This document shows, in pieces, positions 38,800-50,346 of a DNA stretch of 64,000 nucleotides (positions within the stretch are counted from its first letter, which is position 1; the number at the start of each line of letters is the position of its first letter). Both the position numbers and the translations under genes were made by a program. The DNA is from Bispira polyomma (taxonomy: Eukaryota). Under the pieces are notes generated by a model. The model saw only the letters and a list, made by a program, of their open reading frames with translations, made no database searches and had not been told where the DNA came from. The stretch spans positions 36,518,001 through 36,582,000 of the forward strand of contig OZ287755.1 in the NCBI GenBank assembly GCA_965649765.1, given 5' to 3'.

Positions 38800-39160
38800 C
38801 CATATTCTTATACAACTGCATATTTTAGGTTAGTATTGACTAACATGTATTCATATGTATCTGCATATTTTTGGTTAGTATTGATTAACTTTATCTCATT
38901 ATAAAACTACATATTTTAGGTAGTATTGACAAACTTATATTCTTATGTATCTGCATATTTTTGGTTAGTATTGACTGATCTGTATCTTATTATATAACTA
39001 CATATTTTGGTGAGTATTAATTAACTTGTTTTCTTATGTATCTGCTTATTTTTGGTTAGTATTGATTAACCTGTATCTTATTATGTAACTGCATATTTTG
39101 GTTAGCATTGACTAACTGGTATACTCTTATGTAACTGTGTATTTTATTAGTATTAAGTTG
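38800..39160. repeat. ~45-bp minisatellite, same family
   Basis: Same unit, about 8 diverged copies. Confidence 0.9.
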
Positions 39161-39449
39161 TATATCCTTATGCAGTCACACATCATATTCAATTTAAATA
39201 TGTCAATAAAAATGGTCAAGTGGTCAATAAAGACCATTTAATTAGCAGATTAGTAAATACAAATCGATTAAAGCTACTTCAACAAAAACTTTTTTCTTTT
39301 CCCACATGCTAATTAATATACAGTCTAATAGTCGCTAGTGTACCAGCAATGCTAAAAGAGATCGACATAATTGGAATGACAGCTTGGCAAAAAGTTAATT
39401 GCTCACACTCAAAAAAATTTAAAAAGGAAAAATACTCCCAATTGCTTCT

Positions 39450-39845
39450 AACCGCTAGCTTTCTCTGTAATATGACTGAGATATTTCTGTTTTCCAAATA
39501 CACATGACTCAGCAGCTCTCTTTTCAAACATAGGCAAAAGCTCATTGACGGTCAAACGTGTATAGTTTCAATTATTTAGCTGTTCAATAACTTGGCTGCT
39601 GATAAGCTCCTACAACATTATTGATCAGATTGACTACCTCTATATAATGCCCCCCATGAAGGTGTCAGGCCGGTCTCCCTCCTTATTTTCCTGGGATAGG
39701 ACTTTCCAGAGGCAAAGGAAACAAATGTGTATTTACTTATGCGTTACATGTTTTGGAGTGAAATAAAGAAAATAGAAATGTAATCATATTGTTTCATTTA
39801 AGACTCATACAAGCTTCATTTATGCCCTATGCTTTCCCCTAGTTC
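39450..39845 (+). mobile_element. Partial LTR, target of the adjacent insertion
   Basis: LTR sequence stops at ..ctagttc just before its normal aggttacgaca end, where the next LTR begins. Confidence 0.75.
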
Positions 39846-40263
39846 TGTCCATATATCAAGGTCGACACGATATATGTACTGCTAGTCAAACCAAAAGTTA
39901 AGAGTAACCTAAACACTACCTTTCTCTATAATAAGACTGTGAGATATTTCCCCTCTTCAAACACTCATGACTCAGCAGCTCATTAGACAACCTAGCTGCT
40001 GATAAGCTCCCCCATGTATTGATCTATTTGACTACCTCTATATAAAGCCACCCAGGGAGGAGTGCGGGCCGGTCTCCCTCCTCATGATCCTGGAGTAGGA
40101 CTTCATGGAGGCAGGGGAGAGACAATGTATGTATATATGTGTGTAAAACATTGGAATTAAATAAAGGAAATAGAAATGTATATATATTCTTTTCAATTCA
40201 AGACTCTCACGAGCCTGAACTTAACCTACACTCTACACTACCCCCCCAGTTCAGGTTACGACA

Positions 40264-40279
40264 TGGTGAAGATGCGGGT
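40264..40279 (+). promoter_or_regulatory. Primer-binding site, tRNA-Ala-like
   Basis: TGGTGAAGATGCGGGT abuts the LTR end; close to the complement of the tRNA-Ala 3' end (TGGTGGAGATGCCGGG). Confidence 0.75.
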
Positions 40280-40517
40280 ATAACAATTTAAATACATAAA
40301 AGGATAAAACAAAATGGGAACAATAAATTTTTCATAATATAACATCAGCTTCCTCAGCTCGCAGAATATGTTCTAACAAGGAGCACAGAAGTAGGCAGTC
40401 ATAAACAATGTTTCACCTATGAATGATCCACAACGAGTGCCAAGAGACATAAGAGTAATACTACACCCAGACTTCCAAATTTTAACACACAGGACACGGG
40501 CAGCCCAGCACAACCAA

Positions 40518-41097
40518 ATGGCAGATCCTCCATTGCCCCCGGACATAGATGACCACTTTCAAATCACTAGCTACAACAATTTTTAAACCACGGTGAGGAC
40601 GACCAACAGTACAGAAGAATCGGCGGACAGCTCAGAAGACGACCTCAATCCCGGAGATGACGCAGAACTACACGCAGGACAAACACAGAACCAGTTAGTA
40701 CAACAACCCAACCCACAACCGCCCCCAACCCCCCACAACCCCCAAACCCACAACCACCCCCCAACCCGCCACCAAACGCCCCACTGCCAAACCCGCCAGC
40801 ACACCCACTACCAAATCCAGCAGCAATCCCTTCAAACATCACCCCACCAGGAATCCTACCAATCCAAGGCATGGACAGACCACAAAACACACATCCCAAG
40901 AATCCACGGGTCAGGGTTGACAATCTACCATTTAAATTGAAATCCTTCAGCAGCATATCACAGGAAGATCCAGCTCGTTTTCTAAAGGACTTCCGCCTGA
41001 CAGCAAGCTTATGCCACTGGCCAGCAAACCAGGTACTGTCAGCTTTCCAGCTCTGCTTAACAGGGTCAGTCAGAATATGGTTCGACCAACTGGCCAA
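40518..41097 (+). pseudogene. gag: Truncated Gypsy-type gag (acidic/Pro-rich N-terminus, then capsid N-terminal domain)
   Basis: LKSFSSISQEDPARFLKDFRLTASLCHWPANQVLSAFQLCLTGSVRIWFDQL matches the retrotransposon capsid pattern. Confidence 0.8.
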
Positions 41098-41725
41098 TTT
41101 GTTTGCTTTTGCATTTTCCTACTCCTCTTGTCCTCAAAAGGGACCCTCTCTCTTTCACAAGCATATCTGTGATTAGTCTAGAGGATTGTCTGTCCTCTGG
41201 GTCAGAGGGCCATCCCCCGGGTTGCCCGTCTGACTCTCCGTCCAAGGAGGTTACATGTTTTTTTCACATATTTCCAGCATTATAAAACTTGATGTAAGTA
41301 ATATTTATTACTGTCTCAAAGTGTATTACAGATAGCCCAGTCACTATCGTAGTCTCAAATCATAATTCGCTATTATTGTATCAAATTATTATTGGCTATT
41401 GTTGCCCACAGTTATATTTATTATTGGCTATTGTTGCCCACAGTTATAATTATTATTGGCTATTGTTGTCCACAGTTATCATTATTATTATTGGCCTTTG
41501 TTGCCCAAAGCTATAAAGAAAGTATCAGCCTTTGTTGCCCAAAGCTACAAAGAAAGTATCAGCCATTGTTGCCCACAGCTATAAAAAAAGTATCAGTCAT
41601 TTGTTGTCCAAAGCTATAAAGAAAGTATCGGCCATTGTTTCTGAAACCTATAGAGAAAATATCGGCATTTGTTGGCTAGCGTTATGAAAGTTATTAGCTA
41701 TTATTGCAAGTTCTAAAGGTAATCA

Positions 41726-42234
41726 TGTCAGCCAAGCTACCAATTATAGTAGTAGAGAAGTTGGGAAAGGCCAACAAGGCGCAGAAGAAAAGCCGAAAGG
41801 TTAAACCCCACCGTGGTGCTGATTCGCCGTCCAACATCCCCAAACTAATGGAAATATTTACACATTTCGCCCCTTTAGCAGCACAGGACAGCAAGGCGGG
41901 CCGAAGGGCCTTGCTAGCGGAAAAGACCCCTATTTCAATCCCTCCAACTCCCAAATATATTTTTGAAGATAAGTAAAATTTGGATATCAAAGAGGAGGAC
42001 GAAAGGGAACATTATGAATAGTCTCCCTTGTGCCGCATATGTAAACGGCACCACCTAGCAAATTATGGCTTCCACTGTATCACCTGCCCGTTTCGGCAGC
42101 TCCACCTAACAGGTTTCCACCATAGAAAGGCACAACTAAAGGAGTGCCAACGCAGTGACATCGCCTTGCGAGAAATGAATTTTAAAGCGGAATACTGCCC
42201 ACCCCCACCCCACTCCCCAGACCCAGATTGGTAA
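41726..42234 (+). pseudogene. Accessory ORF-Y, ~170 aa, basic N-terminus and Cys/His cluster, 2 in-frame stops
   Basis: ORFs 41704-41976 and 42028-42234 are in frame; CRICKRHH...FHCITC; the TAG at ~42019 is CAG in the 31010 copy. Confidence 0.75.
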
Positions 42235-42950
42235 ACTCCAACCAAAACTCAAAATTTATGCATACCCCCCACCACCACCTTGTCCATCCCCACAAAATTC
42301 CCCATCACACAGCACCATGTGGATGTCACTGGCCATTTCTTTGTTTTTTCACCACAATCTCGCAAATTTGACTTTAGGCCGGCCGGTGACAATCTACCCC
42401 CCCCCCCCCTCTTTTTCTTCAAGCGCCTCTGGCCCGACTGTCATCGACGGTCAAACGTGTACGGTTTCAACTTTTTTCAGTGTTTGATGGTTAATAGATA
42501 GATGTTTAATGTTGTCACATTTCTACCATCTTGAAGCGAATATTCCGACCTATTTTCTATTTAACTCCATTTTCTCCAAATCAACCTCATCACACTTTGT
42601 GATATATTTTGGTTTGTTTTTTTTTCTCTCTTCTCCGGCATCCCGAGGTCGGTATCTTCGTTTCCCCCTGGCATGTCCATATATCAAGGTCGACACGATA
42701 TATGTACTGCTAGTCAAACCAAAAGTTAAGAGTAACCTAAACACTACCTTTCTCTATACTAAGACTGTGAGATATTTCCCCTCTTCAAACACTCATGACT
42801 CAGCAGCTCTCTTAGATTTGTAAGCAAAAGCTCATTAGACAACCTAGCTGCTGATAAGCTCCCCCATCTATTGATCTATTTGACTACCTCTATATAAAGC
42901 CACCCAGGGAGGAGTGCGGGCCGGTCTCCCTTCTCACGATTCTGGAGTAG

Positions 42951-43268
42951 AAGTTACAAGAAGAAGTTGTGATAGATGACCCTCGGAGAATATCTAATGT
43001 TGAAATATGATTTGTTTGATGTTCACTTAAAAAGTGTGAGAAATGTGATGTAAATTGATCTTAAGATGTTTGGGCTATTTCAAAAACTTTTATTTTGGAT
43101 CCAGATAAAAAGTATTATGAGTTAGTTGATGTGATAACTCAAACAAGTGTTTGCTTTGGACAATGTAACAGTACCGTAAAAGATTACCATTGGCTGATGA
43201 TAAAAGTAGATTGTGATTTGAAATTAGGTGCAAGATTTAACAATACTCTAATTTTAAAATTTAATTGA
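42951..43268 (+). pseudogene. Decayed Cys-containing ORF fragment of unknown origin
   Basis: ~105 codons in one frame (KLQEEVVIDDPRR...CSLKKCEKC...YYELVDVITQTSVCFGQC); internal stops are TGA/TAA compatible with C>T changes. Confidence 0.35.
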
Positions 43269-43549
43269 ATATCACTGCCTCGGGATGGAAGGCCAAATTT
43301 TTTATGTCCCAAGGGAAAATAATTTGTTATAAGTTTGACAGATAGAACAATAGATTGCAGTTACTAAATTTATTAAAATATCTCAGCTACTGTTACAATG
43401 TACAGTTGTGATTCAGGGCATAAGGTTCCCCTGAAGTCAGTTAAACTCAGTCAGTCAGATTTAAGACCACCATAAAGTGGTAAGTTAAGGGGACCATAAG
43501 AGATTAGGTTAAGTTAAGGTTACCCAAAAAATTGAGGTAGATTGAGGTA

Positions 43550-44160
43550 GGATCAACACAAAGCTAGACCATAACAAGGCTACATTTGCAGGATTAATAC
43601 AAAGCTGGAACTTAAGAAGCTATATTTGTAGGATTAATATAAAATTGGAACTCAAGAAGGCTATTCTTGTAGGATCAATACAAAGCTGGAACTCAAGAAG
43701 CTTTACTTGTAGGATCAATACAAAACTGGAACTCAAGAAGGCTATATTTGAAGGATTAATACAAAACTGGAACTCAAGAAGGCTATATTTGTAGATTCAA
43801 TACAAAAATGTAACTCAAGAAGGCTATACTTGTAGAATCAAAACACAACTGCAACTAAACAAGGCTATATTTGTAGAATAAATACACAACTGTAACTCAA
43901 GAAGGCTATATTTGTAGAATCAATACACAACTGTAACTCAAGAAGGCTATATTTGTAGAATCAATACAAAACTCTAACTTAAGAAGGCTATATTTGTAGA
44001 ATCAATACACAACTGCAACTCAAGAAGGCTATATTTGTAGAATCAATACAAAACTCTAACTCAAGAAGGCTATATTTGTAGAATCAATACACAACTGTAA
44101 CTCAAGAAGGCTATATTTGTAGGGTTGATATAAAACTGGAACTCAAGAAGGCTATTCCAG
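43550..44160. repeat. 41-bp minisatellite
   Basis: Unit gaaggctatatttgtagaatcaatacacaactgtaactcaa, about 15 copies. Confidence 0.95.
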
Positions 44161-44214
44161 AATTCAACACAAAGACAACGTGGTTATTTACATTCAATGC
44201 TGTTTATTTCCAGT

Positions 44215-44441
44215 AAGTACCACTGTACTTGTATCCAAATTGCAGATAAACCAGCCCCACAGAAGTACATTTGTCAGTACAGCTGTACTTGTATCCAAAT
44301 TGCAGATTAACCAGTACCATCGAAGTACATTTGTCAGTACAGCTGTACTTGTATCCAAATTGCAGATAAACCAGTACCACCGAAGTACATTTGTCAGTAC
44401 AGCTGTACTTGTATCCAAATTGCAGATAAACCAGTACCACC
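44215..44441. repeat. 60-bp tandem repeat, ~4 copies
   Basis: ctgtacttgtatccaaattgcagataaaccagtaccaccgaagtacatttgtcagtacag. Confidence 0.95.
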
Positions 44442-46542
44442 AGAGTTATTTTTGACAAGCAATTGCAACAAACGGAAATAGATACACAAAAAGTGAGGCA
44501 ACTGAATGGTCGTGATGATTACGTTGTACCACATGCACCAGGTCACATAATGTACTTGAACAATATACCGGCATCTTATTACACATATGAGGCATGGACC
44601 GAGTTTTTCTGTCCTCGACGAAGATTTGTGATTAAAATTGGCGGTACGCATAGTGGAGGACAGTGCGGTTACCATAATCAAAAGTCAACAAATCTGACAA
44701 GGCAATTTATTATGTTTTCTTCAACGTGAAATATACGGAAATATTTTCAAATAGTGATATTTCATTTATCAAGTACTGCGAGATAGCACAAGATAGTAGT
44801 GCTATCTCGTAATTACGTCAACACTAAACTTAGTCTTAAGCTGAAAATGTATGTGTCTAAAATATTAAGGCTGCCTAGTGTTAGTAACCACAGCTAAACG
44901 GATAAAATGACAGCAAACTATAACTATTTCTATTATTTCTTATAATGACAATACACGATGATGTTGAGCATAAACGCAAGAACAACATAATAAAACTCTG
45001 TTGAAGAATCATCACGATAGATATACTTGCCACAGCTAATATATAAAAACGCCAATATTTTTTTAAGAAGAAAATTTGTTAGAGGAACTTCAATATGTTG
45101 CTGTTCACATCGAAACATGCCACGGAAGCTGGTCAACTCGGCTCCTTTACACACTCGGCTTCTTCCTGTACTTTCAAACTCAACCACTATCAGTAAAAAT
45201 TTGAGTCTTATATAGTTTACAAACTCGGACCCAAGTATTCCATAGTTTGTAAAAGCTCCGAGTTGACTGTAAATCCACATATAGCACCGCCACCCGTGTA
45301 TATTGTTTCAGAACCGTTTTCTATTGCACATAATGCACCCGTCTCCATAATGCACCCATGACTCCATAATGCGCCCAGTTGCAATAGCGTGTGCAGTGGT
45401 TATAATATGCACATTTACGACATTCTAAAGGACCGTTTTACAGTTAATGGGTGCAGCAACCTATGCATTTATTATTTCCGGTACAATGGTTAATTAATTT
45501 GTATTGCAATTTTATGAAAATGTGTTTCTTTACAAACATACAGTGTGCCTAACTATTTAACAGTTATAATGATTATAAGAACACTTGACAGCTAGGCGTC
45601 TTCTCAATCCATTTTTCCCCAGAATTCATAGCAGACATGCGCAATGGTGTAAATCTACGTTCTTGACTTACTTTAACCTCCATTTTTGTATGCAGTGCTC
45701 TAGTAATATTGGCTCACTACAATTGCGATGTGTATATGTAATTATTGGCCGTTAGAACTTGACACAACTTATTATCAGTTAATCGGTATATCTGACCATA
45801 TTTGGGACCTTACCACAACTTTGGCATCTACAGTCACCCCACCTGCCTGCCTACCTACCTGTCTACAATTTACGACCATAGCCAAAATAAGGGTCACGCT
45901 TATTTCATTTTTCAAAAAATCATAAATTTTAAAATTTCATAAAATAATGTTTTAGGTCAAATATCTAGGTCATCTAGTCAGATAAAATAAATAATTTTTG
46001 TAATAGCATATACATTTCATAAATTTAATGATGAAAAAATTGCCATTCGTATACTAAAAAGGACCATTACTATAATTGGTAGATTGTCCATAATTGCTAG
46101 TAAAGCAGTATATTTTCACAGAAATATCCTTGTCAAAAATATGTGTCACATTATATACACACAGTATATATTTTAGCACATCTTGTGGTGACTATGAATA
46201 ATATTATATGGTGATTAACCTTTTTTGTGTCACATTTACAACGTCCAGGCAGTATTAATATAAACTTTTATAAAATATTCTTGACAAAACACTGTGTTAA
46301 ATAAACAACGACAGAAACAACAATATCTTAGAATATTTTAATAAATATTACAAAGAAAAAGTATTATACACGATACATCCACGAATCTACAACAGAATAT
46401 ATTTATGTTGCAACATCTCCACAGCTCCATCACTTCAGTAAAATGACGAGGACGCTACTGAAATTGCTAATGAGTCAATGTGATACAGTTCCTACTATAT
46501 TTGCAATGAGAGATTGAAATTGTTGCTGGAGAAATCAGACTT

Positions 46543-47049
46543 CTACGGAAGCCTATGCAGGTCATACAACAAAAATTATCTCATAATTACAATTAAAGAT
46601 AGTGTTATCTCGTAATTTCAACATAATACTGACTTGTAATTTCAACATAATGCTATCTCGTAATTACACAATATATCTCGTAATTACGAAATTAGCCCTA
46701 CTTATGATTTCAACATATATATATATATGTTTAAACTACGAAAAAGGCTCATCTTGTAATTACGAGAAAGATTTTGTAATTTCTCCATAGCGTCATCTCG
46801 TAATTTCAACATAGTGCTTTCTTGTCATTTTAACAACAGATTATCTTGTAATTTCAAAATAATGCTATCGTAATTTCAACATAAGGTTGTCCTAAAATTA
46901 CGAGATAGTGTAAGAGTTCAACATATATCTTGTAATTACGTGATAACCTTATGTTAAAATTACGAAGTAGCATTGTGCTGAAATTACGAGAAAGCACTAT
47001 CTTGTAATTACAAGATAATTTTTTGTATGACCTGTATAGGCTTCCGTAG
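46543..47049. mobile_element. MITE with ~40-bp TIRs and internal ~22-bp repeats in both orientations
   Basis: ctacggaagcctat.caggtcataca..aaaaattatct versus agataattttttgtatgacctgtataggcttccgtag; internal atctcgtaatttcaacata units. Confidence 0.85.
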
Positions 47050-47402
47050 TCTTCTTTGTAGTGTTCAAAAATCAATAGCCGACAGGCTATTTTTTGCCCC
47101 TAGCGTCATTAACACAGAGAAAGGAAAGGCTGGCAGATTTATGACTGTCCAGCAAAGGCAAAGCGTCTCCTCCCAAAACCAAACCTTTCTCAGGCTATAT
47201 TTTAAGCCAATTTAATCTGTTCTAATCGAAAATTGTGATTCTTAATCTCCCTGTTGCCTGTACTTGGTGGTTTACATTATACTTGATGTTAAATCGTACC
47301 ACATATATGTACTTCTACTTTAAATAGTTTTTCAGTGGTTTCCCGTGATGGTTATGTAGTTGATCTGGTGATGAGAAGGTCCCCTGTTCAACTCTCAGTG
47401 GG

Positions 47403-47666
47403 ATTTTGAATTTTTGTTGAATTTGGATATTTAACGTCCACTCTAGTACCTTTTAGTAGGTTATATTGGGACGGGTAGTTAGAAACGCTGGAGGAAACAC
47501 TGCATACAGTCGGTCAAGGTTCTGCACTGAAACCAGCGGCCCACAGTAAGGAACTACCACCTTTCCCACATAGGCATCGACAGGATTCGAACTCACGCCG
47601 CCCAGAGGTGAGAGACCAGTGATTGTGAAGCGCAATGCTTGCTAACCACTAGGCCACCGCGGCCCC
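47403..47666 (-). mobile_element. Full-length tRNA-derived SINE with 14-bp TSD
   Basis: Head GGGGCCGCGGTGGCCTAGTGGTTAG (A box) and GTTCGAATCC (B box); TSD caactctcagtggg at 47389-47402 and 47667-47680; second copy at 55681-55902. Confidence 0.92.
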
Positions 47667-50346
47667 CAACTCTCAGTGGGGGAGTTGGTCTGATGATTAT
47701 AAGGTCCTTGGTTTGACTCCTGCTGATGCTGCTATAGGTTTATTGGTGGGATAACATATCCTTGGGAAAAAATGCGAACATGACATTGCCTACTGATGAC
47801 GACCCAAGCTGTGTTGTAAGACACATGAATGTTTGATGTATTTGGTTGTTGTGCTTTACAAGATGCCTTGCACCAATAAAGCATGGTAAAACTATATACA
47901 ATACAAAACTCTAAAGCAGATAAAAAAATATATTTGTGTGACTACAGTTTGAGGTTATATTTATCATTTTCTGAACAGTAACAAGTGTCCAAGTGGTTGG
48001 AAGTGTTAACCTAATAAACCCTGGCCTCGCACCTATGTGGATTCGAAATGCTATAGGTTCACCATAAAATCTGGCCCTCGTGACCTAATTAACCTGTTAG
48101 ATTTTTTCATATGTCACGCCTGCCATACAGGCTAGCTACAAACCCATAACATTGCCTTCTGTCGGCCCAACCAACGGAACCCATCAATTCTCGTACAATG
48201 TTATAAAAGCCGACGTCTGAATAAAGTCTAAAGTAACACGATCGACCAAAGCATCACCACAGGAAAGGGGCAAAGCCATTCAAGGGTTTTTTTATGGGAC
48301 TGGGTGTTGAGGACATTGGCTCAATTTTCTCTTCGTATCCAACATTTTGGTGTAATTGTTTGGGGTTTTGTTTTATTTTAATTTTATTTATAAACAGCCA
48401 TTATTATAGCCACATAGAACATGTACATATATAATCCTCTCTTTAATTAACACACAGAATATTCACAATGTAGTTTTAAATATTTTATCAGTAGTAAAAA
48501 ATCCATCAGTTAAAATAGTTATAATTAAGATCTAGGACAGTATGCACAAACCTTAATATTAGTCCTAACTTAGTCTTACGCTTAACATTTATATTAAGAG
48601 TGATAAAAACATATTTCAGACTGTCTACTGTTAGGCCTGGTGTTAAGTGCAAATATATTTTCTTACTGTCACTTAAACTAGGACCAACATCTTAACCTAT
48701 TCGCCCAAAATCAAAGATTAAATTGTAGAGATTAAGTTAAGACTTAGTCATTTTATGAATACGGTCGCCTGGTGTGTATTTCAATTAATCGCCTTGGGTT
48801 GCTTTTTTATGGCTTTATGTCACGCCATTTATATAATAGCCGTGTAAAGAAACTATAGCAACATCAAAATCCATCACCAACTCAGTTATATGCATGAATA
48901 TTTTATAAAAGTATCTTCATCTTTCGCCGAAAGCCCTATAGAGATCCATATTACTAACACCAAACATGACCTTAACCATCTCCTTCTCATTGTTGGGAAG
49001 GCTTATGACCATTTGTTCATTTTTGTTTTGCTAAGTTTTCAAAGAAAAAAAATTGTTTACAAACTAAGCCTAGTTATATGTGGGTCCTGTACTAGGTATA
49101 GGTACTTTCGTGTGAAAAAATAAGGAGCGCCATAATTCATCTTTAGCCTGTTTCTGTCATGAATTTAATCTAAGACATCACTCCCAGTCACGTGAAACAT
49201 AATGACCACATACACGTCACTAAAGGTTAGGTCTGCGTTCCATATAGATAGAAACGTTAGGCTAAAACTGTCTATTAGTGCGCATGTGAATGAAGCTTTA
49301 GGATGTATTTAAACCTTTATAAAATATCCTTGCATAACTGGGAGGGAGGTTTTTTAAGTCGAGTACCCCCTAACGTGAGCATTAGATGGGGACCGCCATG
49401 TTGTATGACGGGTCTAAGATGAACCATCTAGGGGGTGTTGATGAAAACATATATCTTGTTTTATCTTGGTTAATGTTATATTTGTTCTACATTTATGGTT
49501 ATTATTTTTTTCTTATATAGGAGGACTGATGGAAGATTATTTATCAAGAAAAATAAATGATAATTTGAAATAGAAATATGGTGTTTTATGTTGAAAAAGC
49601 CAACACCCCTCTTACATTTTTCAGATTTCCGTGTCCAGTAACGCGTCATAGCTGACCTAATTAGACATAAGGTCAAATTCCGGTACTGAAATGGAAATGG
49701 CCCATTGGGCCCAGGGCCTCGTATCTGTTTTATGGCATTTCCCCAAAAATTTAATTTGATTAAATGGCTGTATTTATATGAAGACTTTACCTTTCGTTTT
49801 GGTATTACCAGAAAGCTATTATTGTATACTTTGTGATACATACTAATTTTAAATGAAGTGGTTACGAAGATATTGTTAGTTATATTTTGACTGTGTATAC
49901 AGAATTGTTAAAAATGCAAGTTTTACAGTGGAGATTATTGAATAAAACTCGTATATCAATAAGTATTGGTGGTACAGATGTTCAGATTACATATTCATGA
50001 ATCCAGATGAATAGGCTTTTTGGTACGTTTTGCAGAATAAATGTATATTACATAATGTTATTAGAACTTTAAAAAAACACTGTAATGAACTATTCCTGTC
50101 ACATCTATTATATATACACACCCAGCATGTATCAACTGACAGACAGATCTTGAACAGGATCTACAGCTGTGTGCACCAACAGAGAGCTAGAAACAATCTC
50201 ACATATATCTATATATATATTATCTATATATATTACTACATATAGTTAATATAATTTGCTGAAACAATAAAACAAGCCTACACATTTAGCATAAAATTAT
50301 AGTAATTTTATTGTCATTATTCGATACTCTATAAGCAAATCTAACA

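Larger units (their letters stand above)
39846..42950 (+). mobile_element. Two-LTR non-autonomous deletion derivative of the env-bearing Gypsy-like family (5' LTR 39846-40263; 3' LTR 42674 to ~42950, truncated)
   Basis: Near-identical LTR starts, TG...CA, TATA 40039, AATAAA 40160, PBS, gag, no pol/env. Confidence 0.9.

Noticed and set aside
44180-44458. Repeat-protein ORFs on both strands
   Set aside because: Open only because the unit is 60 bp; no other coding evidence.
47453-47635. 60-65 aa ORFs repeated at 47453 and 55666 as a gene family
   Set aside because: Incidental frames within SINE copies.
47575-47666. tRNA gene
   Set aside because: It is the head of a SINE: body, tail, TSD and a second copy are present.
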